A stretch of DNA of 64,000 nt from the human T2T-CHM13v2.0 reference genome, Homo sapiens (GCF_009914755.1 NC_060932.1), one strand, 5' to 3'. Shown: positions 1-15,103, counted from the first letter of the stretch. Numbers and translations are program-made. Notes: generated by a model not told the origin, from the letters alone.

Positions 1-2992
1 ATACTCTCTGGCCCCCAAATGCAAGTCAGAAGTTTCATCTGGCACTTAACCAAATCAACAGTTGTCTGTTTCTGTGTGCACATAAAAACTGACTGTTCTG
101 GATTAATAAGAGATGGTATAACAGTCACCATTAAGGAGTGAAAATGGGTCCTAATTCTGTACTTTGGAGTCATTTACTTTGCAGTTATTCCAAATAATTC
201 TGACTTTATACAATTTTTGCTAGCAGCTCTGTGGCAGAACCTGTGACTGTTCCCCAACAGGTAGCTCCTCTACCTGCTGAGGCTCCCCTGCAGTCAAGTT
301 GAGGCTAAGGGACTGGGGTCCAGCCAATATGGAAAAGTGATGGGAGTGAATCCCTCCTTGTCCCTTAAATCCATTCTGCAGGATTCTCCAGGTTCCTTTC
401 CCCTGCCTTGGTGACTCAAGTCCTCATAATTCAAGACGAAAGGGGCCCACCCAGCACACATCGGATACACTGTAAGCCAGAAGACGTCTAGGTTTTTGTG
501 CTGGGTGGTGGGAGCTCTAGGGCTCATTTATTTTGGGAGGAGAACCTGACCTATCCTAACTAGTGAAAGCATTAACTTTGAAAGTTTAACCCTGTGCAAC
601 AGAGCCTCCCACACTTGATCTTTGAGTGCCCAGAAGAGTTAGCCATAGTACCCGGCCCAGAGTACAATGAATAAATGAATGAAGAAATGAATTGATAAAT
701 GTCCATTTGCCAGTACTCTTGGTGATTTCCTTGGGGAAGAGCTTCCTCCCAGCTCTGGTAGCACAGCTTTCGGGAGGACTCACAACATGTACTTTGGAGT
801 CTAACAACAGCCTGTAAATCTAAGTCTATGTGCAGAGAGCTCTGCTCCAGAGCCCATTCCCACCCCTGGGAAACAGTCTCTGCCTCACTGGCGTCTGGCT
901 GTTGTGCAAATCCATATATACTGAGGAATTATATCACAAACTTCCAATGGTCTCTGGTAATTACATGGCAAAAGCCAGCAGGCACTGGGGATCTATTATA
1001 GTCTAGAGGAACACAGGACAAGGGCCTAAACCAGCAATTTTTAGCACCAGTGTTGACCAGAACTGTGAATCAACTCAGCTCCATGGATACAGGTTATGGC
1101 TGAACCCATAGGGGTTTTATTAACGTGTCCTTTGATAAAAGATAAAATAGAAGGTCAGGAGAAAGAAAGGGGCCTGTAAAGCATGCTCTGACCTCACTGA
1201 TTCTGCAGCCAGAAGTAGCACAGACAAAAAATAAAACACAGATGGCAAGAAATTGCATTCTAAGCTGAAAGATTCCCAGGTATTTTATGCTTTCATTCCA
1301 CTTTATGTCTATGCTTATGTGTATGGTATGTGAGGAACAGCATATTCAGAATAAAAAACACTACTATTAATGAGCACCTATGACTTACCAGGCACTTAAA
1401 TGCACATTTTCTCGCATGAGCACCCAGGAGGATTCACATTTTTACCATTGAGGAGGCTCATTAAAATAGAATGACATCTTTAAGGCCTTCTGGCTGGAAG
1501 GTGGCAGAGCTGAATTTTGAGCCAAGTTGCTGTCTGACTCTCAAGCTCATATTCTACTCCGAGATGCAATCTCATAGGAAACCACTACCCCTTCAACGTA
1601 TCTAGGTGCATCCTTGAGATAGAGAACCAGGGGTTGTGAAGGTATGTTCTGGAGCTGTCCAGCTACAGGTGGCATGGTCACGTTAACATGCATAAGGAAA
1701 ACTCTAAGCTCCTTAATGTCAAATTGCCCAGGGCTCACTGCCTCAGGTCCAGCTCTCCAGAAACAGAACCCAAGAAAGGGATTTCAGTGTATGTGACACA
1801 TTTCCATGTAATTATTGAGGAAATGGTCATAGGGTTCCTATTAAAAGAGACCTAGGTGGGACAACAACAGCATCTAGTATGCCTACCAGGGTGGGTGCAA
1901 AAAGATACTCTCTTGGGAAGCAAGGCAAGCTTGGCTTTGTACCCCCAAAGAACATCCATCCCAGGGATTTCTCCTGATTTCTCCTCTCGGGATTTTTTTT
2001 CTGCCTGAGCTGAGACACAGGGGTTTTCCTTCATTCCTCCAGAATCCAGCTAAAGCAGCTAGATTAAAACAAAGTGCTACCAAAGACCTGGGTTAGGAAT
2101 AGGAAGGAAACACAAGCAGTACCATGAATCTAAATGAACTGGATTCTGGCTGCTTGGGTTCCATACCTGCTCAGCCACGTGGGACTCTGGAAAAGGAATG
2201 GACTGAGTTCCATCCCTCCTGGATTCTCATCTACCTGGGGGAGGTGAGCACCACCACCCCAGCAAACCAGCAGCAAACCACTGGACACAAACCCTAGAAC
2301 TGGAATGCCAGGGTTTATATCCCACTGCGTGACCTTGAGCGGGTACTTCCTCTTTCTGTGTTTTCTTTCTTGTCAGTGTAATGGAGTGGCAATAGTGCCT
2401 GATTCATGGGATGAGCTAGTCCTTGTCAAGCACTAAGTTGTAGGCACTGTGCTTTGGGCTTTACATAATAATTGCAACTGAACAATCTCCATGAGCTTGG
2501 TACCTTCTAAGTGCTCTTCACATATCAATTCATTTCATCTTCATCTAACCCTATGAAGTCAATGCATTATTATTCTAATTTTATAAATGCAGAAACCAAG
2601 ACGCAAAAAATTCCCAACGTCACAGAGGCAGAGTTCAGATTCAAACCAACCTGTGTGATCCCCAAGCCTTCTTCTCCCACTGCATGTGGCCTTGAATGAG
2701 CTCATTCCATCCTCTCAAAAATCTGAAGGAATAGGCATTATCATTCCTATTTTAAAAGTGAGAAAACTGAGGGCCAAAGAGGGCTGAGCAACTTGGCCAA
2801 AGTCATTTGCATATGGTGGAGCCAATACCTAACCTCAGTTTCACCTGTTCCTGCTCCCTGAACCACACCTGCTCCTGCCCCTACCCCAGCCCCGCCACTT
2901 CCTGTTTCTCCTCCTCCTCTTCCTCTTTGTCGTTATCATCAAGGGTGGCAGAATGACTGCCTTCTGGGGACACTGCAAAGGAAGGGATGTCA

Positions 2993-3271
<279 letters not shown>

Positions 3272-4668
3272 TCATGCGAAAGCAATGGCGTCATCATAGG
3301 TGCTGTTTGCTGGCAGATCAGCATGTGCCAAGCAGTGGGACAATCTGAGCACTGCTGTTGAATCTTGCCACCAACAACACATGGTAAGTGGGATTATTCT
3401 CCCATGACTGATGAGGAAACTGAAGCTCTGAGCCTGAGTGACTTTCCAAGGCCACCTGGCCAGAAGTAGCATAGGCCTACCACGCTTTAATGCTGGCTCC
3501 AGAGCAGCAATTTACCAAGGCCCCCCGCAGTGTGGTCCTTGAGATTCACTCTGGGGCCCAGAGGACAGCTGCAGCTGCTCAGCCTATGGAGGTAAAGCCT
3601 GACACTCAGACACTGTTTCCATATGTGTTTCTCCTAAAAGCATCACCTGAGGTAGGAACTTGGGATCAAGTAATTTATTGGAAGATGATGTTAGGAAGCA
3701 GAAGTGACGGCAGAAGGAGAGAGAGAATGTTAAAAAAAAAAAAAAAACCAATGTTGGGGGTGTTATCAAGGCCACTGTTGAGTCCTTTGAGCTGTGGACA
3801 GACTTCCCAAGATTATCCATCTGAAAAATGGGAAGCTGGGACATCTGTTTCTTGCCTCCTGCTGGTTGAAGGTCATCCCTAGCACTGTCAACGCCCCCAC
3901 ACATCTGAGCTACACTGGCCTAGTGATCTCCCTAAGCTTGAGAGAAGGCCTTGGGGTAGATTTTGGAAAGATGTAAGGCCCACCCATGACATGGGATGCT
4001 GGTATCAGGAGATGGCATGAGAATGTCCACTACAGACATTTCAGAGATGGAAAAAGGGGATGAGACACTTCTGAGATGGTTAAGCAGGCTCTTGACATCA
4101 AATCCTCTAGTATGGAAGAGGGAGGAACTGATCTGTTTTCTATTTCCTTGTAGTCAATTCCCATGTCAATTATCACCCCACTTTCCTGCAGAGTTACCAA
4201 GTAAAAAAGACCATATGGCCAAGTAAATTTGGGGAAAAACTCCATTAAATGGGTTTTACAAAATTATTAGTGTTATTTATTTTTAGTGTCACTAATTTTT
4301 TTATTGAAACATAATAATTGTACATATTCATGGGGTTTGCAGGGCTTCTCAGAGTCTTTAATCTGCAGATATACACTGTGGTTCTCAACTATACAAGTGA
4401 AGTATAGTCTTTCCCAAAATATTTTGACCACGGAACTATTTTTTGCAAGGGCTCCAACAGTTCCAAGGAACACACTTAAGGAAATATTTGTCCACTGGGA
4501 AAAGTCCAAGCTCTGCAAAGCCCTCTGTGTTCTGGCTCCTGGGAATCTGCCAGAAGCCTGTGTAGCTCATTGAGCACACATCTCCATATCTTTGTGTGTT
4601 CTGGTCTCTCAGCTTGGAATAACCTCCTCAACTCATATCAAGGCACATTTGCCAAAAAAGCTGATGCC

Positions 4669-4979
<311 letters not shown>

Positions 4980-5775
4980 AAAAAGCTGATGCCTTTCCTA
5001 CCTTATTAAAGTGTCCTCCAGGTGTACCTAGCCTTTGGAAAAACCTGGGGGTCAAACCTCTGGATACTGATACATCTGCATCATTTGCCAGGCTTCTCAG
5101 ATTATCTGTGCAAACCTATCTATCTGTAATGCTTGCAGAGAAAACAAAAGAACACCAAGATGTGTAGTAAACACTATGGTCTAAGACGCTCCATGAGGCA
5201 GTTCTGACCCATCTTCACTCAAAATGGCAGGGTCCGAGGCTGCCTTGAATATGAAAGCCATCATGTTCATGGGCGTGATAACCATCCTCTTTCCCATAGG
5301 GCCACATTGTGGAAGAATTGGATATGAGTACAATGGAAAACATGGCAACACTAAGTAAGGACCGTGTGATGCTGAGGCCCAGCCTCATCTCCCCAGGGAG
5401 GGTGGAGGGGGACCTGGAGCTCTGTGACCGCAGCTGATTTTAAAATAGTGGATACTTCCCCAAGGGGGATGCACCTGTCCAGCAGGGATCTGGGCTCCCA
5501 CTGTCGGGATGTTCTCAAACTGAGAAGGAGTCTCTTTGAATGTGGGCACAATCCATCATAAAGCTACCACCCACACACTCAGAACTTCTGGTCAGCCTTG
5601 GATAGGTCATGCAAAGAAGAAAAATAAGTCTGCTTAATTGTGCTGCACTTGCAAAAAACTTGGAGGGAAGAAAAATAGAGAGGAAAGAAAGAAAAGCGGG
5701 GATTAGATACTGAAAGAGGGCAAATGAAGAGAGAAGAAAGAAATATGAAAAAATCATTAAAAAAGTCCTCCAATA

Positions 5776-5778
<3 letters not shown>

Positions 5779-5808
<30 letters not shown>
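5779..5808. repeat. (CA)n microsatellite
   Basis: About 15 uninterrupted CA units. Confidence 0.95.
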
Positions 5809-5814
<6 letters not shown>

Positions 5815-7129
5815 TACCTTCCGTACATTCAAAATTCTGAGAAAAACCCCAAACCTCAGAAGTCCAACCTTAGCATCAGGTGGGAATAGGGCAGAGATTT
5901 CAGCTAGGAGTGGGCAAGACAATGCAACTCCAGGCTGCACAGACAGAAGCCTGGCACCTGGGACAAAGGACATGGTCCAGCTCTTCTCTGAGCTGGCTGT
6001 CCATCCCCGAAGGACTGTGTTCAGTCCTGGGAATGACTTTTCAAAAGTAAAGTGAAGAATGAGTAGCATGCTCAGAGGAGAGGGAGTATGATGCTGAGAA
6101 TGCGTGATGTAAGGTAAGTTGAAGCCACTGATGACGTTGTTTCTTGGTAAAAGAAGACTCTTCTGGAGTAGAGAGGGGGAATAACATGTCTAGACTCAAA
6201 TACTTGAAGAGTGTCAGAGGAGTTAAAATGAGATAAATGCCTGGATGAGTGGTGAGCACCTTGTGACTAGGGGCATGCAAGCAGAGCCAGGTGACCACTT
6301 AATGGCTGCTGCTGGGGACTGGAGCATCAGACACGATGGCAAGCTGGACTAAATGCCTTTGGAGGTCCTTCCAGCCCTGACACTCTATGATCCTGTAATT
6401 CCAACCTTCCCATGGATTTGAAGCTCCAAGACTCCTAACCTGTCACTCAAGGAGATTTTGTCCTGCAACTCCATGGATTTTAGTCCACACTGGACCAATA
6501 GGTTGTTGAGAGTTTCCACCTCCTCTACTATCAAACTGCCTGCACACAAATGGAAGGATTCCAGTGACACCTCTCAAGGCAACCATTGGATTAAGAAGCA
6601 AGACCACACCTGGGTGTTAGGACAGAATCCACTGTTTCCTGCATGACTGAAAAATGACTCAGATCTGTGATCCTCTGTTTCTATTTCTGTACAATGGACA
6701 TAACATGATGCTGTAGAAGTAGATTCTCAGCCAGCAACGGTGTCACGCCTACAGCTTCTGTCCCAACCCGTCTGGAAATGTATGGGTAACTTTGATTGTC
6801 ACAGTGACTGGGGGTGCTACTACTCCAGGGACTGGGGATGCTCAATATCCTGCAACCTGCTTGCTGCTCCACAACCCAATTGCCAAGAGTGACACCCTAC
6901 CCTGCCAAATAAGAATCCCTGTCCTGTGCAGTCCTTATAAGGACCAGTCACAGAAGGAGGAATTTGAGGACCCAGAAGGTTGACACTGTCCCTTCTCATC
7001 GAGGCAGCGTCAGGGGCTGAGCTGGCCTCCACAGTGCCGCGTGATTTCCCAGAATAGCTGCTTAAACTTTTCTCAGAGAAACAATGCCCCAAAAGAAGGG
7101 AACTGAGGAGGCTGGGAGGCTCAGGGTCA

Positions 7130-7330
<201 letters not shown>

Positions 7331-8786
7331 CTATTCGGAAGTTCTGAAGAACTCCATTTTGTGCTGTTGCTGGTTGTCTGGTTGGCAGGGATGGCTGGGG
7401 ATGGGGGTGGGGAAGGGGAACCGGGAGAACAGGTCCATCACCGCCATTCAGTTTGGAGGCCTCCCATCTTCATTCTGATGTGCTAATTGTCCTTAATGCT
7501 GTTAAACCTGGCACAGTGATTACTCGTTCTTTTTTCTATGTTTTTGTTCCAATAGGTCAGCTTTAAAAGTCCCTTTAATGAATGAAAAGCCCCCAAGAAG
7601 TGCAGTTGGGTTGAAAAGAGAGATATGAGTGAAACACAATCTGTTAATTCCACCCAGTGCCTGTACCCTGGCATTGCTAATTGTGGCTAATGGTTATTAA
7701 GCCTGGCTCCTGGGCCAGGCAGCCCTGAAAGTGTTTGATAATATTATTCTCATCTTACATTTTGAGAAACCAAGGCACAGAGCAGTTAAACAAGTTTTTC
7801 AAGGCAATGAAGTGGAGAAGAAGGGATCTCAGGCTCAAGTAACTAGGCTGCAGAGCCCAGGAGCTTAAGCACTCTCCAGGACACAGGGTCCCCCTTTCCT
7901 CCTGCAACTCCCTTGATGATCAGACACCAACACCTCTGCCTCTCTCTCTTTTGTGACCTCCCTGGGTGCCCTGAGGCATTGCTGCTCCACGACAATCCCT
8001 GGAGCCTAGTTCCTGGAGTTGGATGGTTTCCAGGGAGTTCCACACTGAGGTCTGAGCTCTGGGACGTGCTGTTGCAAACCCCTGCTCTCAGAAGGAAGAG
8101 CTGACTCTGGTGCCTCGATGGCTTGCCCAGTGTGAGAAGAAGGCTCCACTATTTTAAAAGCCCTAACTAGGGGGCCACACCACTGCCCTGTGTGCAGGAT
8201 GGGGCCTCACCCCATGCAGTCGGCATTGCCCTGAAGAGGCAGGACTGACTCCTAATCACGGCAAGGGTGTGGTCATTCAAGGGGCCAGTTGACCAGTGCT
8301 GTCCTGTGGCTACAGAAGGAGCAAGCCCTTGTTAGAGCCTCCTCTCAACCAGGCACTGAGACTGGGCCCAGCCCATGTCTGCATTTGCTGCTCATCTGAC
8401 CTTACATTTTTTAGGCAAGGACTTGAGCAAACAGAGTCAGGGGTACCTTAGCTGACTTGCCCAAGAATTCTAATCCTGCTCTGTTTCCATCACACCACCT
8501 GATGGAGGACAGAGAGTGAAAACAAATGCAGGCCCCAGGAGGGGAGATTTAGAGGTTTCGTGTATAAATGGAATTCTGTACCTGGCCTTGGAGAGAATGA
8601 GAGATCCTTGGAGTTTAGATTGTAGGATACCAGGAAGAAAAAGCAGAGACAGGTTTTAGAATGAAACATGCCTTTGTGTTACCTTTCAGAGGATTGGGAA
8701 GCTGTATTTTATAATTTAATAACATGCATTGGTTTTTGCTTTGACTTTATTTCCCCTTCTCTCTAATGTGGAATAGCAAAGCTTTA

Positions 8787-9101
<315 letters not shown>

Positions 9102-9804
9102 CTAAGGAACCTTTGAGTCATGGCTTGCTTTGAGGCTAAGATGGGGAAAGGTGTCTTCCAGGATGAAGCTGCAACTTCTGCTGGACATTGACATGTGCTT
9201 TATATGCTATCCCATTCAATCTTCACGACAAACCTGCAAGGCAGGCGGAAACAATCATCCCAGTTAAATAAAACAATGTGAGAGAAGTTGACCAATGTGC
9301 ATACTTTTACTTAACCAGCTAATTAGTAGAATCAGCTAGTTAGAATTTAAACTAGATCATCTGGTTCCAACCTCGAGGACATTGCTGAAAGTCCAAAAGT
9401 CAAGACAACTTTTCACAAGTCATTAAGTATATGAATTAATTAATAATGTGTTCTACACACATAGGACTGATTTAAAAATATATGAAAATGTTTTCTTAGA
9501 ATGAAGAAAACACAAATTTATTCCAAAGATTGAAAAATTCAGCAAAGGCTTCTGTGACCAAGTATGAATATTGTCACCAAGTATGAATATTGTTCATTTT
9601 TACAGTCAATGGAACCTCTTTCAATTGGGGATCTTTGGAATTGTTTTTGAAATGCTAGAAAGAAGAGGAACTACCACACTGAAGCATGCAGAATGCTGGT
9701 CCTTTAAAATTCACAGAGAGGTCACCTGGTTCATGACCAGGCTCAGGCAGGAGTGAACTACAAACAATTTTTTAAGATTGTTATCTTTATAAACTGTGAG
9801 GTGC

Positions 9805-9898
<94 letters not shown>

Positions 9899-9902
9899 GA
9901 GA
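9805..9902. repeat. Compound (GT)n(GA)n microsatellite
   Basis: A GT run is followed directly by a long GA run with single interruptions. Confidence 0.95.
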
Positions 9903-10517
9903 CAGTCCCTGTTTCATTGTTTTACCAAGGAAAATGGTTCTCCCTCTTGGTGGAGAGTCTTTGGCTTAGTTGTCAGTACCAGGTTCCCTGGGTGTCCAAA
10001 AGGGAATTTATAAGCTAGGGTTTATGGGTGAAGCTTGGTAGTACATACTCTAAGCTCTCCTACTCCAGGTACTCTGGTTTTCTACTCTACTTAGGTTCTA
10101 CCCATGCTTTTTTGGCTTTTGTTCATTCATTCATTCAATATTTAAATGGCAGACGTTGCGCATACAGAGCTGGAATTCAATGATGAATAGGCTGGATCTG
10201 TCCTCACGAGCTCACAGTCCAGATAAACAGAAAGTTGTCTCATGGTGTGACCATAAGGACCATGATGTAAGGCGGATGGAAATGTCTCCTTCTGACCTTG
10301 GCTGGGACCAAGTACTGCCTCTGACCCTTAGTGATCCTGATCATATTTTCTGATCTATAAACCTGCTGATCTTCAGACCTGAATCTTTGTGTCTCCAATC
10401 ATGCCCAGGAACCTAAACAAGATCCCCAACTCCTTCCTGTGTTTGGACATTTTATGTGAAATTCGACTTTAACCCATGTTTGATATCTGCCTCCCCTAAG
10501 CCCCATATCTTCTCAGT

Positions 10518-10870
10518 TGACGATGATGATGGTGGTGGTGGTGGTGATGATGATGGTTGTGATGATAGTGGTGGTGGTGGTGGTGATTATGATGGTTGTG
10601 ATGATAGTGGTGGTGGTGGTGGTGATGGTGGTGATAGTGATGATGGTGGTGGTGGTGGTAGTGATGATGGTGGTAGTGATAGTGATGGTGGTGGCGGTGG
10701 TGGTGATAGTGATGGTGGTGGTGGTGGTGGTGGTGATTGTGGTGGTGGTGGTGGTAGTGATAGTGATGGTGGTGGTGATAGTGATGGTGGCGGTGGTGGT
10801 GGTGGTGATGGTGGTGGTGGTGTTGGTGGTGATAGTGATGGTGGTGGTGGTGGTGGTTGTGATGATGGTA
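10518..10870. repeat. Complex trinucleotide repeat/VNTR (GGT/GAT/AGT)n
   Basis: About 350 bp of in-register GGT, GAT, AGT and TGT triplets. It is the source of four low-complexity ORFs in the track. Confidence 0.95.
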
Positions 10871-12427
10871 ACAACATCAGTAACTGTTACTACAACCTCC
10901 AAAGTTAGATATGACCATTCCCATTTTAGAGATGAAGACATTCATCAAAAAGAATCACTACCATCAGGATAACTATGTTGTCAGTAAAATGACCAGAAAG
11001 CTTGGAGTCTAAGCTTAAAAGGAAGCTCTGGTGCTTTTTATGTGATTTTGAGCAGCTCATTGACTTGGCAGATCCCGGTCATCTCATCTGGGGAATGAGG
11101 ATAATGAATCTGCCTAGAGCTCACCATGATTCTGAAGACTTCAGGAAATAATTGATAAAGGATATTGTTGAGTCAATTGTTGAGGATCATGGTGCTCTCA
11201 TACAAACATGCTCATCATTGGCCAGTCAAGCCCTTGGCAACATGCAGGGAACTTAATCACTCTCAGAAGATTCTGCAAGTCCACATTATGATTCTCTCAA
11301 GACTTTATTTTATTCATTCATAGGCTCTGTAGAGAAGACCTTGCTTAGAATCATTTTCTTTCTCTTATGACCTGCGTGTTCTTAGACAAAATACAAAACA
11401 TTTCTGCATCATGGTTTCCTTCTGTGTAAAATGAATCCAATTAAATGTCCATATCCTCCATTATTCAGTGATGTAATCCATGTCAGGTGCGTGGAAAAGC
11501 CAGCCTTCAGTAAGAGTTAACTATCATTTTATTGCAATTTAATATCAATTTATTTGGTGCCTCTTTTGTCCCAGACATAGTACTGGTTTTAAGGATACAA
11601 ACATGAATAAAACCTATTCCTCATTATGCAAGGACTCCTTAGTTCAATGTGGAAAACAGGACAAATAATTACTGGAGAGTGTGGTTGAGGTTATGACCCA
11701 CGTGTTCACATGCTTTGGGAGCATCCAGGAGGGGCTGCAGCCAAGAGGTTGGAAGGAAATTCAAAGCTATGCTACAGTTGACCATATGTCCAAGTTTATC
11801 CAGGACATTCCCCATTTTACATGTTGACCTGGAGTCTGGACCCCTAGGCCTCATGAACAACATGTACACGTGCAGGAGGTGCAAAAGTTCATGGACAAAG
11901 AACCAGGTTTGATTTTTCTTAACAAGGGATGTGGGCCTTTTATGATCTAGCCTTGCCCTCCTCACAGCCTTGTCATCTCCCGCTGCTTCCCCACATCCAG
12001 GCTGGTCGTAGGAATGACAGAACTTCCTCAAATTCTCTGAGCCCATGTGCCTTCTGTCTTGATGGTCCTCTTCCCTGTCCACTTTTGCCATGTCCCCATC
12101 ATTAACCTGCTAATGTCTTGGCAGTGCCAGTCATGCCTTGCCTCCAGAGCCTTCCCTGACCCCAGCTGCTCTCTGCAGGCTCCCTTGTGTGATCTCATCC
12201 CTGGGATCCCAGAGCACCCTGATTCACTTCTACTCCAGCATGGACAACAACCCGTTATCATCTTGTAATTGTTTGCGCACATCATGTGCTAAATAAAACA
12301 TACTGTCCCAACACCTGACAATAGGACTCCCTTAAGGGAAGGAACTGCCTTTGCCTGGAGAATACTTTATTGATCCGATTGAGGTAGAAGTTGCAACCCT
12401 TAAAACATGAGACTGCTAAACTACTTA

Positions 12428-12744
<317 letters not shown>

Positions 12745-13129
12745 TTATCCAAAAATTAGAGATGGGGATTGGTGTTGAGGGCTAAAAATGACCAAAAAAA
12801 AAAAAAAAAAAAAAAAAGAGAGAGAGAGAGAGAAGAGGATATGGTCTAGCCATATGCTGAAGGATTTTTAAGAACAAGATTGTTTAAAATCTTAAGTTCT
12901 TGGTCCAACAATGCAAGCCATCAACCACAGCCTCATAAGTGACTTTGTTTTTAGTTGGCATCGATCCTGGCGCTGGAACCCATGGCTGGATCAGTGCATG
13001 GGAAAAGGAGACAGGTTGGTGTCCCACAGCTGAACTAATTTGGCAGGAAAAGGAGTCCTTAGCTGGACTCTGAGACTTTACACAGCTCCCTGTACCTCGG
13101 ATATGTATATATGAAAGATTCAAGTTGTG

Positions 13130-13718
13130 TGTATGGTGGGCATGCCCTAAGGTAATCTCCAATGAGTCAGGCAGTTGCATAATTGTCTTTTCTGAGTGCA
13201 AGCAGAACCTGTGACTTGCTTCTAACAATAGAATATGCCCAAAGAGATAAGATGTCACTACTCTGTGTATTTTTTTTTTTAATATGGCAAAGGCAACTGG
13301 ATAGTCATGCCTGTGATTGTTACATTATATAAGACTCTGCCATTGCATTCTGGAGCTAGAGATTCTCCTGCTGGTCTTGATGTGAGCTGCTGTTTTGAAA
13401 GGCCTGTGAGAGCTATGTGGCAAGGAACTGTGGGATTCTTGGACTTGACTGCAGCCACTGGCTGATTACCAGCATGAGAGTGGGACCTGTTCTGGAACTG
13501 CAAGGATCAACAATCATGGGATATTGGGGAGTCCTCCCACAAGATCCAGAGAAGAACAAGTCCCAGCCAACTCCATGACTGCTGCTTCGTGAGATGCTCA
13601 GCAGAGGACCCAGTTAAGCCATGTTCATACTCTTCATGAAAACTGAGATTAAAAAATTGTATGTTGTAAGCCACTAAGTTAGAGGCAATTTGTTATGCAG
13701 CAATAGAAAACTAATACC
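13130..13718 (+). mobile_element. MaLR solo LTR (MLT1E/F-like)
   Basis: 'cctgtgacttgcttctaacaatagaat' and the typical 3' end 'aagccactaagtt...tgttatgcagcaatagaaaactaatac'. Confidence 0.8.
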
Positions 13719-14062
13719 ATGTGGAATGGGAATCTGCACCAAATGCATCTCACTTTTATACAGCAGGATAATCCAAGGGAGGTCTGGGCTGCATGTGTGC
13801 ATTTGCTCTATTAGACTCTGCTCATGGAGGGCAGAGACTATGTCTTGTTCCTCTCTGTATCTCAGTGAATAGCTCAAACCTGGCACTTAATAAGAACCAA
13901 TGTATGTTTAGAGAATGAATACAAACAATTTCAGCGATTAGCAATGGCCTTGTTGAAATTAAAGGCAAGGGATATAAGGTGAACTTGGAGAGACAGGCTG
14001 GGAGCACGACATGAAAGATATTGTAGATCAAATGAAGACTTTGAGCTTTATTCTGCAGAAGA

Positions 14063-14366
14063 TTTTTTTTAAAGATACATGGTCTCATTCTGTCACCCAG
14101 GTGGGAAGGCAGTGGCGTGATCATAGCTCATTGTAACCTCCAACTCCTGGGCTCAAGTGATCCTCCCATCTGTAGTAGCTGGGACTACAGGTCCCAAGTA
14201 GCTGGAACTACAGGTGTGCACCACCACTCATGGTTAATTTTGTTTTTATAGAGATGGGGTCTCGTTATGTTGCCCAGGCTGGTCTTGAACGCCTAGACTC
14301 AAAAGATCCTCCTTCTTTAACCTCTCAAAGTATGGAGATCAGAGACATGAGCTTCTGTGCCCAGCC
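14063..14366 (-). mobile_element. AluJ-like SINE (diverged)
   Basis: Antisense Alu with 'gtgatcatagctcattgtaacctc' and 'ctcctgggctcaagtgatcctccc'; small internal duplication of gtagctgg-actacagg. Confidence 0.88.
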
Positions 14367-14371
14367 TAGAA

Positions 14372-14608
14372 GATCTATCTGCCTATCTACCTATCTATCC
14401 ACACACATACATATATATGTATCTCTCTCTCTATATATATATATAATATATGGATGGATATATATATAGATAGATGGATATATATCTAGAAAGATGGATA
14501 TGTGTGTGTATGTGTGTGTGTGTATGTATATATAATATATATAATTAATATATATAATATATATAAATCTCCATATCTCTGTCTCTATCTCTATCTGTAA
14601 TCTCTATC
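14372..14608. repeat. Mixed (TA)n/(TG)n/(TCTA)n low-complexity tract
   Basis: Directly visible simple repeats next to the AluJ. Confidence 0.85.
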
Positions 14609-15103
14609 CAAAGACAGGTCTCTGCCAGGACAGCAGTCAAGACGACGTTATCATGAGCTGAGCAGAGAGGAGGAGGGTGCGCTGGAGAGATGACAAGGGT
14701 CCCATGAGAGAGCATCCTCCTGTGTAGTCCTGGCAGGAGTTGTGACTAATGGGATATAAAGATCGAGCAAGAGGAGCACTGGGAGGGGTCTTGGGGTGGG
14801 AAGAAAGTGGATAATGTGCTGTTCGCAGACATCAAGAAGCTGTGCAGTGCGGCCAGCAGGACCGCGAAGATAAGAAGCTACTTGCGGACCTGCTGCACTT
14901 GAGGTCCAAGTGGAAATCTCCATCCGGCTGATTGAAATCTAAATTTAAGGCTTAGGGGAAAGGTCAGGGCTGAATATCTAACTCTCTTTCAGCTCTCGTT
15001 GTCTGCTTTTAGAGCCAGGAGAAGGGATAATTTCGCCTTCGCCAACCACCAAAATGCAGTTTCAGCCGATTCCCATCCGCAGGGAGCCTGCGGAGCCCAT
15101 CTT

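Noticed and set aside
5515-6069. 184-aa ORF, the longest in the track, on the KCNQ3 strand
   Set aside because: It runs through a (TG)n microsatellite and a T-rich tract, has no recognisable domain and no evident exon boundaries.
10456-10972. Four ORFs of 96-151 aa (poly-Gly/Asp, poly-Thr/Ile, poly-Val/Met, poly-Pro/Ser)
   Set aside because: All are readings of the stop-free trinucleotide repeat, with no splice or promoter support.
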